From NCBI GenBank assembly GCA_963755265.1, contig CAVWKV010000101.1, positions 260 to 64,259 on the forward strand: a stretch of 64,000 nt of DNA. Reading direction: 5' to 3'. Numbering within the stretch: position 1 is the stretch's first letter; every line of letters begins with the position of its first letter. Source of the DNA: an uncultured Methanomassiliicoccales archaeon (lineage in GTDB: Archaea > Thermoplasmatota > Thermoplasmata > Methanomassiliicoccales > UBA472). Of the stretch, positions 25,349 to 34,591 are shown piece by piece. The notes below the pieces were generated by a model. The model ran no database searches, was not told the DNA's origin, and saw nothing but the letters and a program-made list of their open reading frames with translations. Both the position numbers and the translations under genes were made by a program.

Positions 25349-26707
25349 ATGGACGACGTCGTCCAAATTCCCACAAACCTCTTAGCTCGTTTTAAATCCG
25401 CGGCCGCGGAGGTCGAAAAGGCCTCCGAGGTTCGGGTCATTTCTCACAACGATGCCGATGGCATATCGTCCGCGGCCATAGTTTGTGCCACTCTTCTCAG
25501 GAAGAACAAACGGTTCCAGTGCACCATGCTCAAGGGATTTGAGGAATCAGTGGTTAGAAGCACTGCTCAGGGTTGCGATCTCCTCATCATATCTGACATG
25601 GGCAGTTCATCGCTGGATATCCTTGATAGTCTACCGATCAAGGTGATCGTGCTGGACCACCACAAACCGGAACGTGATTCCTCCCAGGTGGTCCATGTGA
25701 ACCCTCACCTTTTCGGGATCGACGGTGCTACAAGCGCATGTGCTGCGTCTGTCGCCATGATGCTTTCCATCACGGTCTCGGACAAGAACTGGGACCTGCT
25801 TCCTATCGCGTTCGGCGGAATCGTCGGTGATCGCCAGACGATAAGGGGACTGCTCGGACTGAACATGTACCTGGGACAGCATGGCCAGGAAAGGGGCATC
25901 CTGGAGGTCAGGAAGGGTTCCCTGATCCCGAGCGGCCCGCTCAAGGATTCTCTGCTCAACACGACCGACCCGTTCATCAGCGGGGTCAGCGGTGACCCTG
26001 ACGGAGTTAGTCGGCTCCTTACCGAGGCGGGCATACTGGACAGCATGTCGCTCGAATCGTTGGACGAGGCACAGGAGATGAAACTTTCCTCTTTGATCAC
26101 ACTCAGGCTCCTGATCCAAGGAGCAAACCTGGACAACCTAGAGGAGGCCTCGTCCGAGAAGTATTATTTCTCGGAACGCAAGATCTATGCGCACGAACTG
26201 TCTGGCCTAATGAACGCCTGCGGAAGGTCGGATCTTACTGGGACGGGCGCGGGTGTCGTCCTCGGTGATCCCAGGTCCTGGGAAAAGGCCGAGAATCTTA
26301 GACAGGAGTACCGGAAACAGGTCCTGGAGGCAGTCCTGGCGGTCCAGTTCAAAGGTTTGAAACAGATGGACTATCTGCAATACTTCTTCTCCCCATTGCC
26401 GGATGTCTCCAGCGACCTGTGCGGTATCGTGATGCAGTGGATAGGCGACCGGAACAAGCCGACCATCGCGCTCTCGCAGAAGAACAGCGTCGTTAAGATA
26501 TCATCCAGGGCGAACAAGAAGATGGTGGACATGGGGGTCGACCTCTCCTACGCGTTGAGGACCGCGGCGAGCGCTGTCGGCGGAACTGGCGGTGGACATA
26601 ATGTAGCCAGCGGCGGCAAGATCCCGGCGGGAAAAGAGGATGAGTTCATCGCCATGGTGGACAAGATCGTCGGCGAGCAGCGGACCAAGGGTAAAAATGC
26701 AGCCTGA
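25349..26707 (+). CDS. DHH-family phosphoesterase, archaeal RecJ/GAN (Cdc45-like)
   Basis: 452 aa. DHH motifs HNDADGISS, ISDMG, VLDHHKP, GGTGGGHNVASGG. The rps15-recJ adjacency is a common archaeal arrangement. Confidence 0.8.
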   Translation: MDDVVQIPTNLLARFKSAAAEVEKASEVRVISHNDADGISSAAIVCATLLRKNKRFQCTMLKGFEESVVRSTAQGCDLLIISDMGSSSLDILDSLPIKVIVLDHHKPERDSSQVVHVNPHLFGIDGATSACAASVAMMLSITVSDKNWDLLPIAFGGIVGDRQTIRGLLGLNMYLGQHGQERGILEVRKGSLIPSGPLKDSLLNTTDPFISGVSGDPDGVSRLLTEAGILDSMSLESLDEAQEMKLSSLITLRLLIQGANLDNLEEASSEKYYFSERKIYAHELSGLMNACGRSDLTGTGAGVVLGDPRSWEKAENLRQEYRKQVLEAVLAVQFKGLKQMDYLQYFFSPLPDVSSDLCGIVMQWIGDRNKPTIALSQKNSVVKISSRANKKMVDMGVDLSYALRTAASAVGGTGGGHNVASGGKIPAGKEDEFIAMVDKIVGEQRTKGKNAA

Positions 26708-26717
26708 TCCAACTGTT

Positions 26718-27701
26718 CTAATCTCTCCAGGTGACCTCGACCTCATCGGTCCGGAAGCGCTGGTTTATCATCGTGTCGTTGACGTTCATACGAACCCCGC
26801 CCCGATACATTATCAACCCGGTCCAGGCGATCATCGCCCCGTTGTCCATGCATAGGGTGCGGTCCGGGACGAACATCTTTGCGCCACGCTCATCGGCCAT
26901 CATGCTTACCATCTCCTGGAGGCGCTTGTTCTGCACCACGCCCCCGCCCAGGAGCACTTCGCTTTTCTCCACATGCGCCATTGCCCTTTCCGTGACCTCG
27001 GTCAGCATTGCGAAGGTTGTTTCCTGCACGGAGAAGCAGATGTCCTCGAGCGTCTCACCTTTGACTTTTAGACAAAGTGCCGCCGTCAGTATGCCTGAAA
27101 ATGCCATGTCCATACCCTTGACCGAATAGGGCAGATCGAGGAGCTTCTTTCCCTCCTTGGCGGTCTTCTCGATCTTCGGACCGGCATAATATCCCAGCCC
27201 TATCTCCCGCCCCATCTTGTCGAACATATTACCGATGCCGATGTCCAGCGTCTCACCAAAGATGCGGTAACGCCCGTTAGCAAATGCGATGACCTGGGTG
27301 TTGCCACCGGAAGCATAGAGAAGGACCGGATCATTGGCTGCGGTCTTGATACGCCCAATCTCCAAATGGGCAATGCAATGGTTGACCCCAATGATCGGAA
27401 CATCAAGGGTAAGCGCGAGCGCCCTGGCGCCGGTCGCTACCGTCCTAAGGCACGGACCAAGTCCTGGCCCCTGTGAGAAAGTGACAACGTCGATATCCTT
27501 GAACGTGATCCCCGCCTTCTCCACAGCCGTCTTGACCATCGGCACGAGCTTCTCGGCATGGTGGTTGGCTGCCTCACGGGGATGAATCCCTCCGGTGGCT
27601 GGTCGGTACATGTCGATCTCGTTGGCCAGAATATTGCCCGAATCGTCAACGATGCCGACGCCACATGTATGGGCGGTGCCCTCTATCCCCAGAGCGATCA
27701 T
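26718..27701 (-). CDS. kae1: Kae1 (tRNA t6A threonylcarbamoyltransferase, KEOPS catalytic subunit)
   Basis: 327 aa. [18 protein letters not shown], metal site [23 protein letters not shown]. Not fused to Bud32. Confidence 0.9.
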   Translation of the reverse strand: MIALGIEGTAHTCGVGIVDDSGNILANEIDMYRPATGGIHPREAANHHAEKLVPMVKTAVEKAGITFKDIDVVTFSQGPGLGPCLRTVATGARALALTLDVPIIGVNHCIAHLEIGRIKTAANDPVLLYASGGNTQVIAFANGRYRIFGETLDIGIGNMFDKMGREIGLGYYAGPKIEKTAKEGKKLLDLPYSVKGMDMAFSGILTAALCLKVKGETLEDICFSVQETTFAMLTEVTERAMAHVEKSEVLLGGGVVQNKRLQEMVSMMADERGAKMFVPDRTLCMDNGAMIAWTGLIMYRGGVRMNVNDTMINQRFRTDEVEVTWRD

Positions 27702-27735
27702 CTGAGCACGAAAGAAACGGATTGGGATATCTACT

Positions 27736-27975
27736 TTAGCTTTGGTCGGCCAGGGCCTTTAGTCGATTCATGATGTTGATCGAACCTTCCACGACTTCGT
27801 CGTCGACGACCAAGACCGGGGTTGGCTTATTCAAGAGTTCGTAGTATGCTGCTTCCGCGAGGCCCTCTGCCTGAGACGTGTCGACGACCTCGACGGCCAA
27901 TCCGTCTGGTATCCTCGCCTTGACGTAATCGCACTTCTGACAGCCGGGTTTGGTGAAGAGAAGTATTTCAGGCAT
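27736..27975 (-). CDS. Glutaredoxin/thioredoxin-fold small redox protein
   Basis: 79 aa. [16 protein letters not shown] contains the CxxC motif, and the C-terminal [11 protein letters not shown] pattern fits the fold. Confidence 0.75.
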   Translation of the reverse strand: MPEILLFTKPGCQKCDYVKARIPDGLAVEVVDTSQAEGLAEAAYYELLNKPTPVLVVDDEVVEGSINIMNRLKALADQS

Positions 27976-28312
27976 CGCTATCTCATCCGCATAATCCTTC
28001 CCCTAATAAAAGAATCTGAGCCTACACTTGGTGTGAATGAATGAAACGTTCTCTTCAATTCCAAAGTATATTATTGAATGGTGACGGCCGAAGTATGCCT
28101 CAATCTAATGCCACGGGACTTCTTCACTTTCTCGGGATGATATGAGTGTCCCTATCGTCTGCGTAATCAGTAACTTACTCATAGCCTGGGGGGACACGAA
28201 GAGAATGCCCACGACCAAGAGTCGACCCATTGGCTGATACAATTGACGTTCGTATTCATCTTGCTGCCGCTTTCAATAGGTTTGTTCCTGAGATTAGTCA
28301 GCTTCTGAAGCG

Positions 28313-28327
28313 AAAGGCATATAGTAT
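28313..28327 (+). promoter_or_regulatory. BRE/TATA-like element upstream of tRNA-Val
   Basis: AAAGGCATATAGTAT is centred about 32 nt upstream of the tRNA 5' end at 28354. Confidence 0.35.
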
Positions 28328-28353
28328 CGAAGGTGTTACGGAGAAATCCAGTC

Positions 28354-28450
28354 GGGCTCTTGGTCTAGCGGTTATGACGTCTCCCTGACAGTCCCCCAAA
28401 AGGGATCTGAACGGAGGAGATCCCCAGTTCGAATCTGGGAGAGCCCACCA
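28354..28450 (+). tRNA. tRNA-Val (anticodon GAC) with a 21-nt intron at the canonical 37/38 position (28391-28411), CCA encoded
   Basis: GGGCTCT-TG-GTCTAGCGGTTATGAC-G-TCTCC-CTGACA[GTCCCCCAAAAGGGATCTGAA]C-GGAGG-AGATC-CCCAG-TTCGAAT-CTGGG-AGAGCCC-A-CCA. 76 nt after splicing. The intron folds into bulge-helix-bulge geometry. Confidence 0.85.
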
Positions 28451-28544
28451 TCTTTTCTTATTCAACTTGTTCTGTAAGGGTATACCGCTCGAAAGAATAA
28501 ATAAACGCTACCGATATCGTTGCTCGGAAATCCGGGGACAATTC

Positions 28545-29438
28545 ATGAAGGAAACCGTCACGATCGGCCTGGCACAGATGGAGATGCGCTCCGAAACATC
28601 CAGGAACCTCGATCGCGCGGTGGAGATGATAGGGGAGGCGAAACGGATGGGTGCGGACATTGTCTGTCTTCCTGAACTGTTCAATTCCACCTATTTCGCC
28701 CAATACTCGAATCCGGACGGGGTTGAGAAAGAAGAGATCCCGATCGAGCATATCCCAGGCAGGACAGCGGAATGCCTGTCGGAATGTGCAAAGAAGAACC
28801 GAGTCATCGTTGTCGGTGGTTCGATCTACGAGCGCGATGGAACGGGGCTGTACAACACCTGCCTGACGTTCGACCAGGATGGAAGGACCCTGGGCAAGTA
28901 TCGCAAGGTCCACATCCCCCATGACGAAAACTTCTACGAGCAGCACTATTTTACGCCGGGCGATCTCGGCTTCAAAGTCTACGAAACGAAGAAAGGTAAG
29001 GTCGGAACCCTCATCTGCTACGATCAATGGTTCCCAGAGGCAGCGCGGATCAACGCCCTAATGGGAGCCGACATGGTTTTCTATCCAACTGCCATCGGGA
29101 CCGTCCGCGGGGTTGACCAAACAGAAGGGGATTGGCAGCAGGCGTGGGAGAACGTGATGCGCGGGCATGCCATCGCCAATGGCATGGTCGTGGCGGCGGT
29201 GAACCGCGCCGGTAACGAGGATCAAATGGACTTCTGGGGCGGATCGTTCGTCATCGACGCGTTCGGGAAGACGTTGGTCAGGGCCGGCACCCGGGAGCAA
29301 GTGGTCACCGCCACGGTTGACCTGTGTCACGGGCAGAACGTAAGAGATGGTTGGAGGTTCTTCCAGAACCGACGGCCAGACCAATATGGAAAGATTACAC
29401 AGGGGTCGGTGATCCGGTCAGGGAGCGGTTCAATTTGA
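28545..29438 (+). CDS. aguB: N-carbamoylputrescine amidase (nitrilase superfamily)
   Basis: 297 aa from the internal ATG at 28545 (GGGG 8 nt upstream). Glu-Lys-Cys triad contexts CLPELF, YRKVHIP, GTLICYDQWFPE. Confidence 0.8.
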   Translation: MKETVTIGLAQMEMRSETSRNLDRAVEMIGEAKRMGADIVCLPELFNSTYFAQYSNPDGVEKEEIPIEHIPGRTAECLSECAKKNRVIVVGGSIYERDGTGLYNTCLTFDQDGRTLGKYRKVHIPHDENFYEQHYFTPGDLGFKVYETKKGKVGTLICYDQWFPEAARINALMGADMVFYPTAIGTVRGVDQTEGDWQQAWENVMRGHAIANGMVVAAVNRAGNEDQMDFWGGSFVIDAFGKTLVRAGTREQVVTATVDLCHGQNVRDGWRFFQNRRPDQYGKITQGSVIRSGSGSI

Positions 29439-30520
29439 GCGAACAGACACCAAAATCACTCGGATATGCCATGCCGGCGGAATGGGCCAAACATGAAGCT
29501 ACCTGGATCTCATGGCCGAAGAATCCTCTAACATTTCCGAAGGAAATCATAGGTTCGATCGAGGATACCTATTGCCAAATGGTCAGGGCGTTGACGGAAG
29601 GAGAGATCGTAAAGATATTGGTCAATGACGAGGCATCGGAACGCGCGGTCACAGAGAAGGTGGAGAAGGCCGGAGCGATGATGCGCCGTGTGAAGGTAAT
29701 GCGCATTGTCAGCTCCGACGTCTGGATCAGGGACTATGGACCGACATTCTTGCTGAACAAGGTCAGCGGACAGCGTGCCGCGGTCAAGTGGCATTTCAAC
29801 GCCTGGGGCGGCAAGTACGATGACCTTCTTTATGATGACAAGGCTGGCGATGAGGTTGCAAAAATGGCTGGCTGCCCAATCTTCCGGCCCGATATCGTGC
29901 TCGAGGGCGGCTCAATCGATGTGAATGGTATGGGCACTGTCCTCACAACCGAACAATGTTTGTTGAACAAGAACCGCAACCCAAAACTCACCAAGCTTCA
30001 GATCGAGGACACTGTGAACCAGCATTTGGGCACCAACAACATGATCTGGCTAAAGTCGGGCATCGATGGGGATGATACGGACGGGCACGTTGATGATTTT
30101 GCCCGTTTCGTCTCTCCGGACCATGTGCTCTGTGCCTTCGCGACCACCAAAAAGGGAATGAATGAGGAGGTACTGTGCAAGAACCTGGACATACTGAAGT
30201 CGGCAAGGGACCAGGCCGGGCGCAAGCTGAACGTGGAAAAACTCCCTCTCCCGAAACCGCTTTGGCTCGAAGAGGAAAAGAGGTGGCTTCCGGCAAGCTA
30301 TGCAAACTTCTACATCGGCAACAGCGCGGTATTGCTGCCCGTGTTCAACGACAGCCACGACAAAGAGGCGATCTCTATCCTCAAATCATGTTTCCCCAAA
30401 CGTGCGGTCGTTCCGATCAACGCGATCGACCTGGTCTACGGTTACGGCGGTATCCATTGCATTACCCAACAGGAGCCGGCGCCGGCAGCTCCGGTCCCGG
30501 TCACAACGACGGCTCAATGA
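29435..30520 (+). CDS. aguA: Agmatine deiminase
   Basis: 361 aa from a TTG that overlaps the aguB stop (TTGA). LGYAMPAEWAKHEATWISWP, IDGDDTDGHVDDFARF, catalytic-Cys end GGIHCITQQ. Confidence 0.85.
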   Translation: MSEQTPKSLGYAMPAEWAKHEATWISWPKNPLTFPKEIIGSIEDTYCQMVRALTEGEIVKILVNDEASERAVTEKVEKAGAMMRRVKVMRIVSSDVWIRDYGPTFLLNKVSGQRAAVKWHFNAWGGKYDDLLYDDKAGDEVAKMAGCPIFRPDIVLEGGSIDVNGMGTVLTTEQCLLNKNRNPKLTKLQIEDTVNQHLGTNNMIWLKSGIDGDDTDGHVDDFARFVSPDHVLCAFATTKKGMNEEVLCKNLDILKSARDQAGRKLNVEKLPLPKPLWLEEEKRWLPASYANFYIGNSAVLLPVFNDSHDKEAISILKSCFPKRAVVPINAIDLVYGYGGIHCITQQEPAPAAPVPVTTTAQ

Positions 30521-31247
30521 CGTACTTGCACATATTGTAGCCGCTTCCGAAAGTGTCCTTCTCGACCACATGCAGGGGCATGCCCAGCTTGGCCTCGAAT
30601 ATTGCTTCCAAGATGCCCTCGTTGAGCAGGCACAGGGTCTTGCCCACGTCGGGGTTCTTGGAGCAATCGTACTCGTCGCGGATGATCAATGTCACAGGAT
30701 GAAGCGAATAAACTACCAGCTCACCCAATTCGTGGGTCCCGTAGAACTGCTTCACTTCGGTGATAAGGTCCTCAACCTTCGTCGCCTTGAACTGCTTTGC
30801 TAGTTCAGTGCCGATCTGCTTTCCGATATCCTTCAGGACAGGGTCCATGTTGAAACCGATGGACTCCATTCCAATGACAATAGAGCGTATGGTCCCCTTC
30901 AAGAAGGCGCTTGGTGTTCCGACCGAACGGGATATCGTGTTACCGATGGCTTTCTTCAGCTCCTCACGGGGAACGACCGATGAACCGATTGGTTTGGAGA
31001 TTATATAGAATATTTTCCTGCGATTGTCCAGTGGATCGTCGCGGAATCCAATCAGCCCTTCCTGGACCATTTTCTCCAGGTGCACCGACAGGGTGGACTG
31101 CGCCTTCCCGGTCAGGACCGCGATCTCGCTCAGGCTCAAGTCCCTGCGCTGCAGTTCGCTCAGGATCTTCTGTCTGACGGGGTTCGATATCTGCCTCAGG
31201 CCGCTGCTGGTGGAATAAACATCGAAGTCCGTACCCTTCTTTGGCAT
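30501..31247 (-). CDS. ArsR-type wHTH regulator fused to a V4R (4-vinyl reductase-like) ligand-binding domain
   Basis: 248 aa from the internal ATG at 31247. NPVRQKILSELQRRDLSLSEIAVLTGKAQSTLSVHLEKMVQEGLI. The C-terminal region with CSKNPDVGKTLCLLNEGILEAIFE resembles V4R. Confidence 0.65.
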   Translation of the reverse strand: MPKKGTDFDVYSTSSGLRQISNPVRQKILSELQRRDLSLSEIAVLTGKAQSTLSVHLEKMVQEGLIGFRDDPLDNRRKIFYIISKPIGSSVVPREELKKAIGNTISRSVGTPSAFLKGTIRSIVIGMESIGFNMDPVLKDIGKQIGTELAKQFKATKVEDLITEVKQFYGTHELGELVVYSLHPVTLIIRDEYDCSKNPDVGKTLCLLNEGILEAIFEAKLGMPLHVVEKDTFGSGYNMCKYVIEPSL

Positions 31248-31407
31248 CTGTTCAACCCAAACTACAAATTGGAATGGGTCACTATTAAATGTTATTGAGA
31301 TTGGCGAACTATCGCTGATTCGCAATTCGATATGTGTCCCGGGTCCCACGCCAGGGTTAGGACCCTTACATTTTTTAACTCATATACTCTGACTGGAACA
31401 GAGGACC

Positions 31408-32415
31408 ATGAAAATCCACGTTAAAGGCCAGCCACAGGAAATGAGGGCTCTCTGGTACAACGAAGGGAAGGTCGTGATGATCGACCAACGGCTATTACCC
31501 AACACTTTCAAGCTGGTCAATTTCACGAAATGCAGTGAGGTCGCCGCCTCTATCAAGGACATGACGGTCCGAGGAGCCCCGGCCATAGGAGTCGCGGCAG
31601 CGTATGGCATGCTGCTGGCAACGAAGGATGGGACCAATATCGATGATGCCGCAAGGATGTTGAAGGCGACCAGGCCCACCGCCCATGACCTATTCTTTGC
31701 GGTGGATTCGATGCGGGAATCTGTCCGTTCCGGGAGAGATCCAGAGGAAGCTGCCAGATCCTATGCAGACCTCATCGTGGATAAGTGCCGGAAGATCGGT
31801 GAATACGGAGAGCCCCTCATTAAGGACGGCGCGAACATAATGACCCATTGTAACGCCGGCGCGCTGGCCACTGTAGACTACGGAACGGCCTTAGCACCGA
31901 TGAGAGTGGCCTGGAACAAGGGAAAGAGGATGTTTGTCTACGTTTCCGAGACCAGACCTCGGCTGCAGGGAATGAAGCTTACGGCCTATGAACTCCTGAA
32001 CGAGGGAATTCCTCATGCTATCATTCCCGATGCGGCGTCGGGGCATTTTATGAGGAAAGGGGTCGATATAATCATCGTCGGTGCGGACCGCATTGCCGCA
32101 AACGGCGATTTTGCGAACAAGATCGGAACATATGAAAAGGCGGTACTGGCAAAAGAGCTCGGAATCCCATTCTACACCGCAGCCCCGATATCTACCTTCG
32201 ATTTCTCCATCGAGGACGGTACAAAGATACCGATAGAGGATCGGGCGGAGGACGAGGTCACCACGATGAACGGTCACAGGATAGCTCCGGAAGGCTGCAG
32301 GGCGCTGAACCCGGCCTTTGACATGACCCCAAATAAATATGTCACTGGGATCATCACTGAAATAGGGGTCATTAAACCCAACGAGGTCGGAAAGGTCAGG
32401 AGGAAGCTTCAATGA
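31408..32415 (+). CDS. mtnA: Methylthioribose-1-phosphate isomerase family (eIF-2B-like; MtnA or 5-deoxyribose-1-P isomerase)
   Basis: 335 aa. IDQRLLP, VRGAPAIGVAAAYG, VGADRIAANGDFANKIGTY. Confidence 0.8.
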   Translation: MKIHVKGQPQEMRALWYNEGKVVMIDQRLLPNTFKLVNFTKCSEVAASIKDMTVRGAPAIGVAAAYGMLLATKDGTNIDDAARMLKATRPTAHDLFFAVDSMRESVRSGRDPEEAARSYADLIVDKCRKIGEYGEPLIKDGANIMTHCNAGALATVDYGTALAPMRVAWNKGKRMFVYVSETRPRLQGMKLTAYELLNEGIPHAIIPDAASGHFMRKGVDIIIVGADRIAANGDFANKIGTYEKAVLAKELGIPFYTAAPISTFDFSIEDGTKIPIEDRAEDEVTTMNGHRIAPEGCRALNPAFDMTPNKYVTGIITEIGVIKPNEVGKVRRKLQ

Positions 32416-33035
32416 CTAATGAGCGCACGAGGAAGGAGATAGTAGATTTCGGAAGGATGCTGTACCAAAAAGGTCTGACCGTTGGCACAGCTGGCAACAT
32501 TAGTGCCAGGGGTGAACATGATATCATGTTAATCACCCCGACAGGCACTTGCAAGGGCATGCTGAAAGAGGATGGATTGGTGGTCATCGATATCAAGGAC
32601 GGGAAGGTCCTCAGCGGGGGCAGACCATCGATTGAGACGCCGTTCCACTTGGCTTTCTATCGGGCAAGACCGGAAGTGAAAGCGGTCATCCATACCCATC
32701 CTGTCTATTGTACCGCCTTAGCGGTCAAAGGTCTCAGAATCTTACCCGGACTGACACCGGAGGGATTGTTGGTCCTGGGCCGTAACGTCCCGTTGGTGCC
32801 ATATGCCACGCCTGGGACCGATGATCTTGCCAAGGTCCTCTCCGACACTTTAAGGACATCCGACTCTTTCTTGCTCGAGAAGCACGGGGCCATCGCTGTC
32901 GGGAGGGACATGGAAGAAGCATTCCATCGTATGGAGACCCTCGAGTTTATGGCCCAGCTTCAATTCAACCTCTATACTTTGGGCGGGGCCAAGCAACTCC
33001 CCGATGACGAGATCGATCGGATACTGAAGAAATGA
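32412..33035 (+). CDS. Class II aldolase/adducin-family protein (MtnB dehydratase-like or MTRu-1-P/fuculose-1-P aldolase-like)
   Basis: 207 aa. GTAGNISAR, metal-binding HTHPVYCTALA, EKHGAIAVG. 4-nt overlap with mtnA. Confidence 0.75.
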   Translation: MTNERTRKEIVDFGRMLYQKGLTVGTAGNISARGEHDIMLITPTGTCKGMLKEDGLVVIDIKDGKVLSGGRPSIETPFHLAFYRARPEVKAVIHTHPVYCTALAVKGLRILPGLTPEGLLVLGRNVPLVPYATPGTDDLAKVLSDTLRTSDSFLLEKHGAIAVGRDMEEAFHRMETLEFMAQLQFNLYTLGGAKQLPDDEIDRILKK

Positions 33036-33078
33036 CGCCGCAGCAAAGTGATTAATAGCCTATACTATTCACAACCTG

Positions 33079-34143
33079 ATGATACTCGTCACCAAATGGT
33101 TCGGAGTCTTCCTGTGCGAGGGTGAATCGGTTAAAAGGTTCCAGCTGTTCGAGAAGGACCCGAAGTCGGTGGCAAAGAAGCTCGCCGCGATCCAGAAGGG
33201 GGAGATACTTCCGGAGGAGCGTGGCCTTGCGGTCAAACGCATGAAGGTCGCCGACGTTAGGCTGAAGAAGCTTGGCAAGCCCACGGTTTTCGATTCATCG
33301 TTTATCCGCCCGGACACCTACGGGATAGAGCCTGGCTTCATGCAGAAGGTCATGGTCGAGCTGGGCAAGGTCCGCACCCGGGAGCCATTGAGCGAGGACA
33401 AGTGCATCGCCCAGGCAATCCGCGCCCAGGATGATATCATCGAAACGATCAACCTAATGAACGAACGCATGCATGAATGGTACGGCCTGCATTTCCCGGA
33501 ACTTTCTGACTATGCACTGGATGAGCGATACGTGGAACTCATCTCCAAGTACGGGGAAAGGAACAAGGTACTGGAGGTCCTCCAGGTAGAGCTTGAATCG
33601 GTCGGTTCGGAGATGGCGGAAGAGGACATCGCCATCATTCGCTCGGTGGCCGGAACACTATGCGAGCTTTACCATCGCAAGGCGGAACTTGACCACTACA
33701 TCTCCGAAGGGATGCAAAAGGTGGCCCCGAACATGACCGCATTGCTGTCTGCGAACCTGGCAGCCAGATTGATCTCTCTGTCGGGCGGGCTGGGACGACT
33801 GACCAAGTTACCGGCGAGTACGGTCCAGCTTCTCGGGGCGGAGAAGGCCATGTTCATGCATCTCCGTTCTGGAAAGAGGCCGCCGAAGCACGGTATCATA
33901 TTCCAGCATCCATGGGTCAACCGGGCGCCGTACTGGCAACGAGGGAAGATATCCCGTTCACTGGGGGGCAAGATTTCGATCGCGTGCAAGATCGATTTCT
34001 ACAAGGGAGAGTTCATGGGGGACCAGCTGAAGAAACAGATGGAATTGCGTGTGGAGGAGATCCAGAAGAAGTATCCCAATCCGCCCAAGCGGGCGCCGGC
34101 TCCAAGACCCAGATGGAATAATGACCGAAAAGGCAGAAGGTAA
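33079..34143 (+). CDS. nop5: Nop5 (Nop56/58) C/D box sRNP core protein
   Basis: 354 aa. The Nop domain has HFPELSDY and [28 protein letters not shown]. Basic C-terminal tail. Confidence 0.9.
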   Translation: MILVTKWFGVFLCEGESVKRFQLFEKDPKSVAKKLAAIQKGEILPEERGLAVKRMKVADVRLKKLGKPTVFDSSFIRPDTYGIEPGFMQKVMVELGKVRTREPLSEDKCIAQAIRAQDDIIETINLMNERMHEWYGLHFPELSDYALDERYVELISKYGERNKVLEVLQVELESVGSEMAEEDIAIIRSVAGTLCELYHRKAELDHYISEGMQKVAPNMTALLSANLAARLISLSGGLGRLTKLPASTVQLLGAEKAMFMHLRSGKRPPKHGIIFQHPWVNRAPYWQRGKISRSLGGKISIACKIDFYKGEFMGDQLKKQMELRVEEIQKKYPNPPKRAPAPRPRWNNDRKGRR

Positions 34144-34181
34144 GTTATTTAAGCACTCGCTCAATTCCCTGCCTGATTGAT

Positions 34182-34568
34182 ATGTCGTGGACCCAACAGG
34201 AAGTCCGTGAATTGAAGGAAGGACGTTACATGCTCATCGATAATGAGCCCTGCAAGATCGTTTCCATTTCAACATCCAAGCCAGGGAAGCATGGAGAAGC
34301 AAAAGCGAACATCGATGCTATTGGGATATTCGACAACAAGAAGCGTCAGATCGTTCACCCAGTAAAACATAAGGTCCAGGTACCCTTGATCGATAAGCGG
34401 AAAGCCCAGGTCCTGGCAGTCATGGGGGAAGAGGTTCAGTTGATGGATCTGGAGACCTATGAAACCTTCCAACTCCCTGTTCCGGAGGAGTTCGCGGGCC
34501 AATTCCACAATGGCGAGGAGATAATGTATCTCGTTGCCATGGACCGCAGGAAGATCACCAAGGTCTGA
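34182..34568 (+). CDS. eif5a: Translation initiation factor 5A
   Basis: 128 aa. Hypusine-site loop [13 protein letters not shown]. Confidence 0.95.
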   Translation: MSWTQQEVRELKEGRYMLIDNEPCKIVSISTSKPGKHGEAKANIDAIGIFDNKKRQIVHPVKHKVQVPLIDKRKAQVLAVMGEEVQLMDLETYETFQLPVPEEFAGQFHNGEEIMYLVAMDRRKITKV

Positions 34569-34591
34569 TCCGACCAAGAAGGTAACCTAAG

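Noticed and set aside
30501-30520. Tail-to-tail overlaps of convergent genes (aguA/ArsR-V4R 20 nt, GT2/udg 54273-54298, YkoF-like/wecB 59041-59081, glmU/JAMM 18791-18794) as deliberate antisense regulation
   Set aside because: Short 3' overlaps are common in compact archaeal genomes. Some may come from over-long C-terminal ORF calls. Nothing in the sequence singles them out.
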